Of a stretch of DNA of 64,000 nucleotides, positions 1 through 12,800 are shown piece after piece. Both the position numbers and the translations under genes were made by a program. Each line of letters begins with the position of its first letter. Position 1 is the stretch's first letter. This DNA comes from Dendrobates tinctorius (lineage: Eukaryota), in assembly GCF_039654945.1 (NCBI RefSeq), contig NW_027361675.1:61070001-61134000 (forward strand), written 5' to 3'. The notes below the pieces were generated by a model. It did not search any database. It saw nothing but the letters and a program-made list of their open reading frames with translations, and was not told the origin of the DNA.

Positions 1-660
1 TTTCTGGTCCTGATAGTGCTGTTGTGTTTATGCAAAATATATTCAAGCATCAAACACAACAATGCCTTGTGGAAAGCAGGGATTGATTTTTGTATTCAAC
101 TGCTGCATTGATTTCTGGTCCTGATGGTGCTGTTATGTTTTTGGCAAGATATATTCTTGCACTAAACACAACAATGCCTTGTGGAAAACAGTGATTGTTT
201 TTTGTATTCAACTGCTGGCTTGATTTCTGGTCCTGATGGTGTTGTTGTGTTTTGGCAAGATATATTCTTGCATCAAACACAACAATGCCTTGTGGAAAAC
301 AGTGATTGATTATTTGTAATCAACTGCTGCATTGATTTCTGGTCCTGATGGTGCTGTTGTGTTTTTGGCAAGATATATTCTTGCGTTAAACACAACAATG
401 CCTTGTGGAAAACAGTGATTGATTTTTGTATTCAACTGCTGGCTGGATTTCTGGTCCTGATGGTGCTGTTGTGTTTATAGCAAGATATATTCTTGCATTA
501 AACACAACAATGCCTTGTGGAAAACAGTGATTGTTTTTGTATTCAACTGCTGGCTTGATTTCTGGTCCTGATGGTGCTGTTGTGTTTTTGGCAAGATATA
601 TTCTTGCATCAAACACAACAATGCCTTGCGGAAAAACTGTGATTGCTTTTTCATCTACTG
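1..660. repeat. ~112-bp tandem repeat, ~6 copies (probably intronic in the MADF gene)
   Basis: TTTCTGGTCCTGAT recurs at 1, 112, 224, 336, 448, 559. Confidence 0.92.
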
Positions 661-885
661 TCTTGATCCTGTTTTCACTCTTGCTCCAGAGGATACTGTT
701 GTTTTGGCTGCTACATATATTCTAGCAGGAAACATAACAGTGTCCTCAGGATCAACAGTGACTGCATTGTGTCTATAATAAATTTGTACTGCAGCATTGA
801 CTGTTTGCAAAGCTCTATCAGGTGTGTGTGCTGATAATTAAGTTGCCTTAAGTGCATTGTCTAACTTTTTTTTTTTTCCCAACAG

Positions 886-2029
886 TGAACAAAATCCGCA
901 CACGTTGCCGCTCGATGAAGGACCGCTTCAACACTAATGTTCGTGCTGAGGGACAGGTTCGGAGTGGTTCAGCGGCAAGGCGCAGAAGAAAGTACCGCTA
1001 TTATCGAGAGTTGGCTTTCCTGAGACCGGTCCTTGCCAGCAGAGCATAAGTTTTTTTTTTATTTTGGTTTGTTATTACTATGTGCTTTTCAATTCCACAG
1101 GTAATGCTTCTTGTAAATGCATGATACTAATGTTTTCCCTTTCTTTCCACAGCACTTGGAGCAGCACCCTGCAACCTGTCCCGGGAGTGGTTCTTCATCG
1201 ATCGACCTCGGACCCGTCCCAGCCATCCGACAGCCAGGAAGCATCTTGCAGGTCAGCAACACAGACAGCTGGTGGCCAGGAAGCTGGTCCATCAGGTGTT
1301 CCCCTGTCCCAGATCTCTGTCACTGGTTATGCGGGCACTACCCGCCAGCAGCAGAGGGCCTCGGACAGGCCTGTCATGCCCGAGTTCATGCTCTTGAGCG
1401 AGGCCTTTAAGGGCAGCCTCAAGGCGCTGTCCGCCAGAATGGAAAGCGGTTTTTCCCTGATGGAACGTGGTTTTAACCACATGGAACACTGCTTCCACTC
1501 TGTTGACCAGCGCCTTGACCGTCTGGAGGCCGACCTCAATGGACCAGCGCACCATTTTTTCAGTAAAATTGAACAGGGCATGGCAGAACACCTTCGTCCT
1601 GAGCAACAGCTGAGTGTGTTACAGGCTTGCAAAACTGCTTACTTGCAGGCTATGCAGCAGAATCGGTATGTTCAGCAGTCAGTAGTGTCATTTCCAACAG
1701 TTCCACCGCTGACTCGCTTCACCACACTGCCGACTTCTGCTGCATACCACTGCACGGCCACCTGCATTCCCAGCGAAGCTGGACACCACTACACCACCCC
1801 AAGTCTGAGTGCTGCTGGTCACTCCTCCGCCACCACCACTATGGCAAGCGCTGTTCCTGTATGGAGCACCACCACTGCCACAGCACCTCCAGCTTGGAGC
1901 CAAACCACCACAGAACCTGCTTGGGCCACCGACACCACCAGTCAACATCAAAGGAGCACCGCCAGCACTCCTCAGCAAAAGAGCTCCGCCAGCACTCCTC
2001 ATCAACAGAGCACCACCAGCACTCCTTAG
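886..2029 (+). pseudogene. Harbinger MADF/Myb-like DNA-binding protein, 3' exons (886-1045, 1153-2029)
   Basis: Polypyrimidine+AG acceptors at 885 and 1152. Exon reads KIRTRCRSMKDRFN...KYRYYRELAFLRP (MADF C-terminal half). Spliced frame continues ATWSSTL... with a BESS-like FFSKIEQGM...QQLSVLQAC segment. Donor mutated to ATAAGT at 1046. Premature TAG at 2027-2029. Confidence 0.8.
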
Positions 2030-3280
2030 CAAAAGAGCACCACCAGCACTCCTCAGCAAAGGAGCACCGCCAGCACTCCTCATCAAAGGAGCACCGCCAG
2101 CACTCCTCATCAAAGGAGCACCACCACCACTCCTCATCTTAAGAGCACCGCCACCAATTCTCCACTTCGGAGTCCCCCAAGAACTTTGACTGAGATCCCA
2201 GACAGGCAGCCTCCTTCTCAGAGCACCGACCAAACTTTGTCCCCTTCTAGGAGCACCGCCACTGTCACTTCTAGCAGCACCGCCACCACAGAGCAGCAAA
2301 GGGGTGATCCACATTCCCTATTTTACAGGGCAACGCCACAGTCCACCATCACCAGGCGGTCGACTAAAGTAAGGCGGTCACAGGGTGCAAGTTGGTCTGG
2401 GCAGGATACTCCTGCGCCAAAGAAAAAAAAAATTTGTTCGGCCATCCACCCTCTCCTCCTAATGTGTCTCAACCTGCCTCCATGTCCATTCCAGAGCTCC
2501 CTTCCCCCAGTACTTTCGTTGGCCCTTCTCCTAGAACCCCTTCGTCAACCTCCAGTCACCACCACTGCCACAGCACCTCCAGCTTGGAGCCAAACCACCA
2601 CAGAACCTGCTTGGGCCACCGACACCACCAGTCAACATCAAAGGAGCACTGCCAACACTCCTCAGCAAAAGAGCTCCGCCAGCACTCCTCATCAACAGAG
2701 CACCACCAGCACTCTTTAGCAAAAGAGCACCACCAGCACTCCTCAGCAAAGGAGCACCGCCAGCACTCCTCATCAAAGGAGCACCGCCAGCATTCCTCAT
2801 CAAAGGAGCACCACCAGCACTCCTCATCAAAGGAGCACCACCACCACTCCTCATCTTAAGAGCACCGCCACCAATTCTCCACCTCGGAGTCCCCCAAGAA
2901 CTTTGACTGAGATCCCAGACAGGCAGCCTCCTTCTCGGACCACTGAACAAACTTTGTCCCCTTCTAGGAGCACCGCCACTGTCACTTCTAGCAGCACCGC
3001 CACCGCCACCACAGAGCAGCAAAGGGGTGATCCGCATTCCCTATTTTACAGAGCAATGCCACAGTCCACCATCACCAGGCGGTCGACCAAAATAAGGCAG
3101 TCACAGGGTGCAAGTCGGTCTGGGCAGGATACTCCTGCGCCAAAGAAAAAAAAAATTTGTTCGGCCATCCACCCTCTCCTCCTAATGTATCTCAACCTGC
3201 CTCCATGTCCATTCCAGAGCTCCCTTCCCCCAGTACTTTCGTCGCCCCTTCTCCTAGAACCCCTTCGTCAACCTCCAGTC
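1867..3280 (+). repeat. ~690-720-bp direct tandem duplication of the MADF gene 3' end, containing a 27-bp minisatellite
   Basis: CACCACCACTGCCACAGCACC at 1867 and 2557; both copies end ...TCAACCTCCAGTCA. 27-bp unit encodes STASTPQQK. Confidence 0.92.
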
Positions 3281-3483
3281 ATTCCTCATTTCTCCACACA
3301 ACCAAAGTATCCCAATCTTCCCCCAAACATCATTCCTAATAAAAATGTTTTTTTTCTTTTAGTTTTTGTTACAAAATAAATGTGCAATTGTGCTTTCAAA
3401 ATATTTGGATTGGTTACTGTGTCAATCGCCGACTACACACACTGCGCCGTACACACACTGCACCGTAGACTTAGCATTTTTGC

Positions 3484-3914
3484 CACCAGATATCTCCATT
3501 ACTGAGCCATGTTTCTTGTGTCAGTCTTGGAGATATGTGTTGGCAACGAAACAAATCAACATGACTTGTCTTTTCAACAACAGTGTCTACATTCTAGTAA
3601 TATTGCACAGACTGGATCCAGCAGGGTTCCCCAACTCCAGTCCTCAAGGTACACCAACAGATCATGTTGTATGGAATCCTCTTTTTTTGGGCTCTTGTGA
3701 AACAGTTATCAACGGAGATATAGATTTCATTACAACATGATCTGTTGGTGGACCTTGAGGACTGGAGTTGGGGAACCCTGATGGATCCAGTCTGTGCAAT
3801 ATTACAAGAATGTAGAGACTGCTGTGGAGAAGAGAAGTCATGTAGATTGTTTTCATTGACAACACATATCTCCAAGACTGACACAAGAAACCTCAGTAAT
3901 GGAGATATCTGGTG
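3484..3914. repeat. ~190-bp-arm inverted repeat centred on a small hAT-like MITE (3623-3780)
   Basis: 3484-3678 is reverse-complementary to 3723-3914. Core is CAGGGTTCCCCAACTCCAGTCCTCAAGG...CCTTGAGGACTGGAGTTGGGGAACCCTG. Confidence 0.9.
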
Positions 3915-4766
3915 TATTGCACACACTGAATTTTGGAAGAGTTCCCCAACTACAGTTTTGAAAGTCAACAAATAAATCATGTTTTTAGGAATTCCATTTG
4001 AGGGAAAAAAAAAACATTTAAACATGATCTGTTGGTTGACATTTTGGACTACATTTTTGAAAATGGCATAGAGGATGGTGTTGAGTGCAAGGCATATCTA
4101 TTGTTACCTTGCCTTTTTGTACCGTTCTCATTTAACTATTAGAGAAAAGGCAAGGAACTATAGATATACCTTGTAATTAACCACATATTCTATTACGCGT
4201 TTGTGGAAGAAGCATAACCACATACTCTATTACGTGTTTGTGGAAGAAACAGATTGATGATGTTGAAAATAAATGTTATATATACTTCAAAAATACCCTG
4301 ACCTTTCATCAGTATCACACCTGGGCAGGTGAATAGAGTTTGAACCTGCAGCGTTACTATAACTCTCCATATATTTTGCAGAAGAGTGTAGTGATGCTGC
4401 AGTTTAATCTGTATTGTAATGGCCATTTGTGATAAGTATTTAGCATGACACACGGCCTTGGTATTTTACCTGACACAGTTGTATTATCTCCACCATCGCT
4501 TTTAATTGAACACACTGTAAAGATTATAAAGGTAATGCAACTTGTGTGTGTATGTATAGTCACCTACTCAGAAGTATTAGTGAAATTATGATGCACAAAA
4601 CACAGCATCATAAATTCACTGATTCACCTGGCTACTTGCTAATGGTATTGGGAGTGTAAAAACAGAGAATGCACTCAGTACAGGTATCAAAACAGTTTTT
4701 TTTATTAACATACCAACAACATGTATTAAAACCTTATTTTTTTTAACATACCGACAAGAAAATTTT

Positions 4767-6205
4767 TTACACCATTTGCTCTTGCCATTCCACCCGTCCT
4801 ACATCTGAGTTGAAGTAGGCTGCAAATTGGTCCCTCATTTGGCCAACTTCAACGGATGACCTGAGAGGGTGCTGTGTAAATTCAGGCAATGGATTAGGAG
4901 CAACATCATCAAGATCAAAGTTCGGGTGCTCTCGAGAAATTACAAAATTATGTAGAACACAGGCCTTGACCACCTCATCCACTGTTTCCAGTTTCAGATT
5001 AATAGCTGTGCCAAGAATGCACCATCTAGATACAAATATACCAAATGCACACTCTACTGTTCTCCTGGCCCTGTTGAGCCTGTAATTAAAAATTCTTTTG
5101 TTGAGGTCCAAGTCATGGCACATCTGGAATGCTTCATCACCAACCATTACAAATGGCTGTGGCGGACCTTTGGTGTTGGGAAGAGGCCGTGGCATGGGGA
5201 AATTGAAGTTGTTGCCATACAACCTCATGCCCATGTCTGAGTTCTTAAAAGCCTGGGAGTCATTCCCACGGCCAAATACCCCAATGTCCACTGCGATAAA
5301 CATACAGTCTGCATCCGCAATGGTATCAGTACAGTAGAAAAGTACTTTTTGTAGTTATAGAACTCAGAGCCTGTTCTTTTGGGCTTGATAATCCGGATGT
5401 GTTTACCATCCACCGCTCCCAAACAGTTAGGGAAATTGCATACAGTCCAGAATCTTTCGGCAATTTCCAATCACTTATCTGCGCTTGGCATGGGCATGAA
5501 TTCAGGACAAAGAACGTTCCACAAAGCCCGGCAGGTGTCCGCTACAATTCCAGACAACGTGGAGATTCCAATCCGGTACTGGAAGTGCAGTGACGAGAGG
5601 GTCTCTCCAGTAGCCAGGAATCTGTAACACAAAGAAAACAACAAAAATTAATATTAGTGTATACGTAATTTTTTATTACACGTTTAATTAAAAAACAAAA
5701 AAAATATATATCTGCAGCCTTTGGTTCAATACATGCCATCAAAAAATTACCATAGCCTTTAGTTAACTACATGGCAGAACTATAATTCTGCCAGATTTGG
5801 AAGAGTACATGTCACAACCAAGAAAAATCAGCAGGCATTGGTTTAGCAACACTATGTACCTTAATGTGACCAGGAGCCGTTCTTCAGGAGTAATCGCACA
5901 CCGGAGCTGCGTGTCCTGTCTCCGGATGACTTCTTTTACCCGACCAAGCAAAAAGTTAAAGGTTTCTTGGGTCACTGGGTATGATCCATAAATTTCTCTG
6001 GCTTTGCCTGGAGCTCGCTGTAAAGGGTGTGGTACACTCCATGGCTCTCCCGGAGTTCAATAATGCGATGTATCCACAAACGCCGCCACTGCCATCTTCG
6101 CTGCCTCTCTCTCTCCCTCTGTTCATGGCAAGCAACGGCATAAGCCTGAGCCATCCTCATGTCCAGATCCAAGTCAAAGTCAAAACTCTTCCAGCGCAGA
6201 TCCAT
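4767..6205 (-). pseudogene. Harbinger (HARBI1-like, DDE_Tnp_4) transposase pseudogene, 2 exons (6205-5860, 5621-4767)
   Basis: Motifs LWIH, PEERLLVTLR|FLATG, NCLGAVDGKH, YNYKKYFS, VGDEAF, RRTVECAFG. GT-AG intron 5859-5622. Frameshifts near 5975 and 5320, in-frame TGA near 5472, and a deletion after AFQM. Confidence 0.92.
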
Positions 6206-6776
6206 GTTTCGCAAGTCAAATGCAAGCAAATGTGAAGAATTCACCTTTAAACAGGGGCTATATAAAGAATTTCAATAAGACACGCCGACTGGTGTCCCAT
6301 TGGTGGAGTGTGTTGCAAGAATTTTTCAAGGATTTTTTCCTCAGTTTATTGCGCATAAAAAATGCAAATGCATGAAAAACGCTTACAAATGCATAAAAAC
6401 GCTATGATTTTTTGTCGTTATGCGCACAATAATGCTACAAAAAAATGCAGCGTTTGCATGCGCCTTTGACATGCGTTTCATGTGCGCTCCAAATGCAGCG
6501 CAAAAAATGCTAGTGTGAAACTAGCCTTATACTTTTAAAAGAAAGCCTCTATTCGCTGGATCATTTCTCTCTTCATTTTTGTACATGTGCAGCTGCTATG
6601 ACTGGATCCGTATATGGCTTCTGATAACTTTACTTCTACTACGACCAGCTATTTGGTGAGCTGATCCACCACTTTTCTTTTTTGCATGTGATCTCTCCCA
6701 TTACAAATTTAATTGCCCTCTTACTACTCCTAACCATCCTACCACTATCTCCCAGATTTCTAGAGAATTTGTCTGA

Positions 6777-7395
6777 AGCCCCGTCACACACAGCGATCTT
6801 GCTAGCGAGATCGCTGCTGAGTCACAAGTTTTGTGACGCAACAGCGATCTCACCAGCGAGATCGCTGTGTGTGACACTTACCAGCAACCGGCCCCCCTGC
6901 CGGGTATCGCTGATCGTCCTGGAATGGCCAGGACATTTTTTTGATCGCTGGTCTCCCGCTGGCCAGCACGCATCGCTGCGTGTGACAGGCGGGAGACCAG
7001 TAATCAGCGAGCTGGCGCTGGTAACTAAGGTAAGCATCGGGTTTCTAAGCGGTGCGCAGCGCTTAGAAACCCCATGTATACCTTAGTTACCAGCATGTTG
7101 GTGCAGGGAGCTGGTAACCAAGGTACACATCGGGTTTCTAAGTGCTGCGTGCCGCTTAGATACCAGATGTGTACTTTGGTTACCAGCTCCCTGCACCAGC
7201 ACGCTGGACACTAAGGTACACAGTGGGTAACTAAGCGACGTGCGTCGCTTGTTACCCGCGTGTCGCTGGTGCTGATCGCTGGTGAAGCTGCCTGTTTGGC
7301 AGCTCACCAGCGATCATGTAGTGACACACCAGCAATCCTGACAAGGTCATATCGTTGTCAGGATCGCCGGTGCATCTCTATGTGTGACGGGACCC
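6777..7395. mobile_element. Harbinger-type MITE (GCGATCGC-rich)
   Basis: Termini AGCCCCGTCACACA / TGTGTGACGGGACC(C)TAA. Internal palindromic GATCGCT and GGTAACCAAGG repeats. Confidence 0.75.
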
Positions 7396-8691
7396 TAAGC
7401 ATGCATGGTTCACACACAGAAGACTTTCAAATACTTGTGCTCTAAATTTCCAGAAGTCAAGCCACAATAACACACTATACATTCAGTCCACTCACTGTAT
7501 GGCATATCAGTGGAAACTGGATTTTTATATGGGTGGGTCACATGACCGAAACGTTGATTTAAGTATCATTTTCTATTACCATAGGTGATAGCGAAATTTG
7601 TCTTTCATTGTCTCTATATTCTGCGCTGCAACTAAATTATTTTCAGTTTCAAAGGGCAAGCATGAAGCAATTCCTGATTTAAAATTTCATTTTGATTTAT
7701 CTTTTTAATTACAAATTTGTTCTTTTACAAAACTACTCTATATATTTTCCTACAGTTTGTTTGATAAATTTAATTGCCTTTCTCTTTTTTAGAAACTTGA
7801 AATGAATCCAAAGATATTTGTTTGCTGTGCATCTGTTATTTCAGAGCATTTTATTTCCTGTGAGCAGCAAATAGCACAATATTAAATAAAACAATAAGCC
7901 ACTATAAGAGACGAGAGGATCTTTTGAAATTCCCGCTACACCAAATTATATCCCAAAATTTGATTTTCGGCGAACAAAATTGCACAGATCTCAGTAACAG
8001 AAATGGGAGAAAAAGAGGCAGAAAGATTTCCACATGATAAATTCTGTTTTTTCATTTATCCAGTGGATTCTGGAGATAGAGACAGACTCTACTGTACAAA
8101 CGAGTCCTGTGCCTGACTGTGCTCCATAGGGACCACTGATAACCAAGGTGCTGACCACCAATGCACAAAGTATGATAGTATGATACAAGGTACACCATTG
8201 TACAATGTACACCACAACAGCTGAAGGGCATTATGTGGAAGCATCACAGTAACTTAAAATGAGATTAACCCCCTCACTTATTGTTTAGCAGAGTGAAACA
8301 TTGTGCCAAGCAAGTTATTTATTGAGGATCAAATATAAAAAAGAAACTGCAAATTAAGGAAACTCAACTTGAACTCGATCCTCTGCAGATCGATCTGCTC
8401 ATCGTTTGCCAAAATACATTTTTTATTATACTCCAGGAAAAGAACAGATATATTTTTTACAAATACAACCAACTTATATTTTTTGAAAGATACAATGTAC
8501 TCAATGCAATTAGTTTTTTTAATTTATTAATTATTGTTCAGAATAATAATTACATATATTTACAGAACACTTTAATGTGAATTATTCAACAGTAAGGTCT
8601 CAGTAAAGTTGTAGAAGATCAACTCATATTAAGTTAAATTTTATGATATAAGAATAATAAGAATAGTAGTTTGTATTTCCAGCAGGAGTAT

Positions 8692-9824
8692 TTCACTCCC
8701 TTCATGACCGACGGCGTACATGTACATTATCAGCGGTGTCCCTGCCCTTGATGCGGGCTCACATCTTTCCTTGCATGTGATAGCTGATTTAATCAGCCCT
8801 CCTATACCTATAATTGCCACAGGTGGATCAGAGATCCGTCCGCTGTTGTTAACCAGTTAAATGCTGCTGTCAATCACAAATGGTGCCATTTAATATGTGC
8901 AGACAGGAAGAGCGTCATTGATCCTGCCCATTGGTGTGCCTGCACCATGATTGCAGAGAGCTGACGGGTTGTCATAACAGCCAAGGGTCTGCTGAAGATC
9001 ATGATTTTTGTATAGCACAGGCGATTGGTCAATCGCAGCTTCAAATTTCCATAGGGTATTATTGAATACAGTAAAAAATAACAAAGTTTAAAAAAGTGAA
9101 AAAAATAAAATAACACAAAAATTCAAATCTCCCACCGTTTGCCCCATTAAAAATAAAACAATTAAAAAAAAACACATATTTGGTATGGCCGCTTTCAGAA
9201 ATGTCCGATCTATCAAAATCTAAAATAAATTAATCAAATTGATAAATGGCATAATGAGAAAAAAAAATCAAACCACCAGAATTACATTTTTTTGGTCACT
9301 GTAAAATTGCAATAAGAGGCAATATAAACATTGCATCTACCACAGTAAATATGGCAGCTCAGAGTGCAAAAAAATAAGCCCTCACACAGCCCAAGATCCC
9401 GAAAAAAACGAAAATGTTATGGGTCTTGGAAAATGGCAACAAGAGCAAATCTATTATATTGTTACAAATTTCTAAAAAATTTGTTACTACCTAAATATAA
9501 AAAACTATACATGTTTGCTTTCTATGTACTCATGCTGATCTGGGGAATTGTATTACCTGGTCAGTTTTTCCATGTATTGGAACAGTGTAGATAAAAATCC
9601 CTAAAATCCATTGTGGAATTATACTTTTTTTTGAACTTTAATCGCATTTGGAATTTTGTTCCGGTTTTACAGTACTCTATATGGCAGAATGAATGGTGTC
9701 ATTTACAAGTACAACTCGATCCTCAACAAACAAGCCCTCATATGGCTGGAAAAATAAAAAAAATATGGTTCTTGTAAGTAGGGGAGGAAAGAATGAGAAA
9801 TCACCCAGGGGTGCAGGAGTTGAA
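8692..9824. mobile_element. Degenerate TTAA/piggyBac-type non-autonomous element
   Basis: Degenerate ends TTCACTCCCTTC...GCAGGAGTTGAA. Internal sequence resembles the 24287-27904 element. Confidence 0.5.
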
Positions 9825-10812
9825 TCAGTATTTATAAAATGAATTTACATCAGTCCAAGTTATTTAATTTTATTGTGTAAAACATAAGGTCTGTTTTTAT
9901 ATAACCACTTATTTACTATTATCTTACTGATGAGTATCACATCATGAATGAACAGTGTTCCAAGGATAATGCTTAGTATGCATTAGGTTTTGTACAATGA
10001 GAGGAGCCTTTTTAGATTAATACATTTAAACAAGTTGTTTATTCTAATAAAAACTCTGCAATCACTCTATGTGACTGCAGACTGACGAATTATGACACTG
10101 CATGATACGAACAATTTTTCATGATGCCTCTGTATTCATCTTAAGAGTGGGTGGTCATATAACAGCATATATCCCTTTTGAATACTTGTGGTCACATGCT
10201 GTTAGGGTTGGTGGATTGCACTAAATAAAAATAAAAATAAGGTGCGATTGCAACCCGAGGTCCAGCATCCAGAGATGTATAACTGCTGCTAGTGTGAACA
10301 ATGGCGGAACGAAGCAACAAGCGTTCACCTTAAACAGACTGTGCTAATTCCACACAGTGTGAACAGAATGCAGAATACCCAGCTCTGTTATCTTCACAGA
10401 GAGGTAGTGCAAAAGGGTTGAGCTTGCTCTGTAAGGCCTCTTTCACACTTCAGTTTTTTGCCATCAGTCAAAATCCGCCAAAATTTGAAAATGGCGGATC
10501 CGCAACAAAATGGAAACAAAACGGATGCAAACTGATGGAACGGATCCGTTTTGTTGAGGATCCGCCATACCGATTTTACTGCGGATCCTCAACAAAACAG
10601 ATCCGTTCCATCATTTTGCATCCGTTTTGTCATCCGTTGGATCCGTTTTCTTGCGGATCCGTTTTTCCACACCTCCAAAATGGGATGCTCCCAAATATGA
10701 TTCGCTCTTGGAAAATGCTCTCAAATGTGATTGGATGCTGGAAACTAGGGAGAAATATATCTAGGGTGTTGTGATACAATTTCTTTGAAAGGTTTTAGAG
10801 CTAGTGGCAGCG

Positions 10813-12172
10813 ATGGAAGGAGTTAGTGCGAGTCTGGAAGGAGTTATTGCGAGTATTGACAGCTTCTGTGTGGAATTGGATCTTCACTTGAATCGGTTGG
10901 CAATTATTGCTATCGAGAGGGAGAAAAGAAGACTGCGAATCCTGCGTATGAGGAGACGGCGCCAGTGGATTCATCCCATTAATGCGCAGAGGTTCACCCG
11001 TGGTGTTTTTTCCACATTGTACCTGGAATTGAGGGATAATCCGGACAAGTTCTTTAACTACGTGCGCATGAGGCTGGAATTCTTTGAGACATTGGTGGAT
11101 CGTGTTGGAGAACAAATCCGGAGAAGGGACACACAAATGCGGTTTTCTATATCACCAGCGGAGCGTTTGATGGTGACCCTTCGGTAAGTTATCTACCTTT
11201 TAAACCGTTTCAGATTCTGCAGGCTTTTATTGTTATGTTATGGCTTGTAGTTTGTATTAATTTTACTTTTTTTTCCATTTTTTTAACAGATTCCTGGCAA
11301 CTGGAGAATCCTTCACCTCCCTCCATTTCCAGTTCTGGATTGGGATTTCCACTATTGCTGGAATTGTACAACAGACCTGCCGGGCATTATGGGATTCTCT
11401 ACAGGAGGAATACATTCCAGAGCCAACACAGGAGAGGTGGCTGGAGATTGCAGAGAAGTTTCAAGAAATCTGCCAGTTTCCAAACTGCATCGGTGTCGTG
11501 GATGGCAAGCATATCAGGATTGTGAAACCTATGGGATCTGGTTCACAGTTTTACAACTATAAGAAATACTTTTCTATTGTGCTGATGGCCATTTCGGATG
11601 CAAACTGCAAATTCATTGCCGTGGACATTGGTGCATACGGTCGTTCTAATGACTCTCAGGTGTTCAAGATTTCCACCATGGGCCGTCGCTTGTATGGAGA
11701 CAATTTTAACTTCCCACCTCCAAGACCACTCCCTGGAACAACAGACCCACCAATGCCTTTTGTGTGCGTTGGCGACGATGCTTTTCAGCTATCTAAACAC
11801 CTACTCAAACCATACGGTAGTCGTGGATTAACACACCGGAAAAGAATCTATAACTATCGGTTAACTAGAGCGAGCAGAGTGGTGGAGTGCGCGTTTGGAA
11901 TTTTAACTGCCAAATGGAGAGTCCTGTTAACAGCCATGAAAATGAAAACAGAGACTGTGGATGAGGTGGTGAAGGCCTGTGTAATCCTGCACAATTTTGT
12001 CCTTTCAAAGGAACCAGTTTCCATCGATGATAATCTGTCTGGAACCACCTTGTGGGATTATGAGCAACAAACTTTTCGGAGTACTGGATCAGTGGCAAGA
12101 ATCAGGGACACCTTTGCAGACTATTTTGTGACACCAGAGGGACAAGTGGCCTGGCAAGATGACATGATATAA
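10813..12172 (+). CDS. Harbinger DDE transposase, ~417 aa, exons 10813-11183 and 11290-12172
   Basis: ATG 10813. GTAAGT/TAACAG intron 11184-11289 joins VTLR|FLATG in frame. No stops or frameshifts. Catalytic VDGKH, GDDAF, VVECAFG and YNYKKYFS motifs. Confidence 0.93.
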
Positions 12173-12574
12173 TTTTCTATACCAATTGTGAGTAACTTGT
12201 TTTTTTTTTTTTTTTTAACTGAAATTTTACCAAGTGTTTGGTTCTCCCAACCATTGTTACCATGTGATTTTGTTTACCCATTTTTTTTTTTTCCTTAAGT
12301 TTTACACCAATTGTTGGGTACCAAGCATAAAGTTTTACCAAGTGTTGTGTACCTAGCGTTGTTTTACACTTCCAAGTGTTGTGTACCAAGCGTTTTACAC
12401 TTTGAAATGTTCACATGTGTTGTGTACCAAATGTTGTGCTACCAAGTGTTTTTTTGTACCTTGTACACCACCAGTGTACTGTGAAATATTGTGTGTTGTG
12501 TTGTGTTTACCTTTTACACCACTGGTGTAATTTGATTATTTCCAAAAAAAAAGAGGCAAAAAAAGAAACAACAC

Positions 12575-12608
12575 AATAAAGTTTTTTTGAAACAAAAAAC
12601 AGTTTATT
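12575..12608. terminator. Paired polyadenylation signals of the convergent Harbinger genes
   Basis: AATAAA (+) at 12575-12580 and AATAAA (-) at 12603-12608 in a quasi-palindrome. Confidence 0.55.
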
Positions 12609-12800
12609 TCTCAATTTGTAATAACTGTATATTTTTTTTTAATTTTTGGTGGTTTTTTTTTTTGTTTTTTTTGGTATCTTAAACCTTTTTTGTAAGTTTT
12701 TTTTTTGGTATATATTACCATTTTTGTAAAATTTTTTTTTTTTTTTGGATAACATCATTACAAAGTGTGATAATGTTGGGTGGAGATAGTATTGGAGGGG

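Larger units (their letters stand above)
1..6526. mobile_element. PIF/Harbinger DNA transposon #1 (decayed; left end outside window)
   Basis: Convergent MADF-like gene (+) and DDE transposase (-). Terminus ...GCTAGTGTGAAACTAGCC at 6526 followed by TTA (TWA target). Subterminal AAAACGC/TGCATG/TGCGCA repeats 6350-6510. Confidence 0.9.

Noticed and set aside
1688-3037. Minus-strand RSAGGAPLL repeat ORFs
   Set aside because: Antisense reading of the 27-bp minisatellite in the MADF gene.
6590-6660. Possible small exon (tgcag...TTG|gtgagc)
   Set aside because: No recognisable protein similarity or partner exons; cannot be supported without RNA data.
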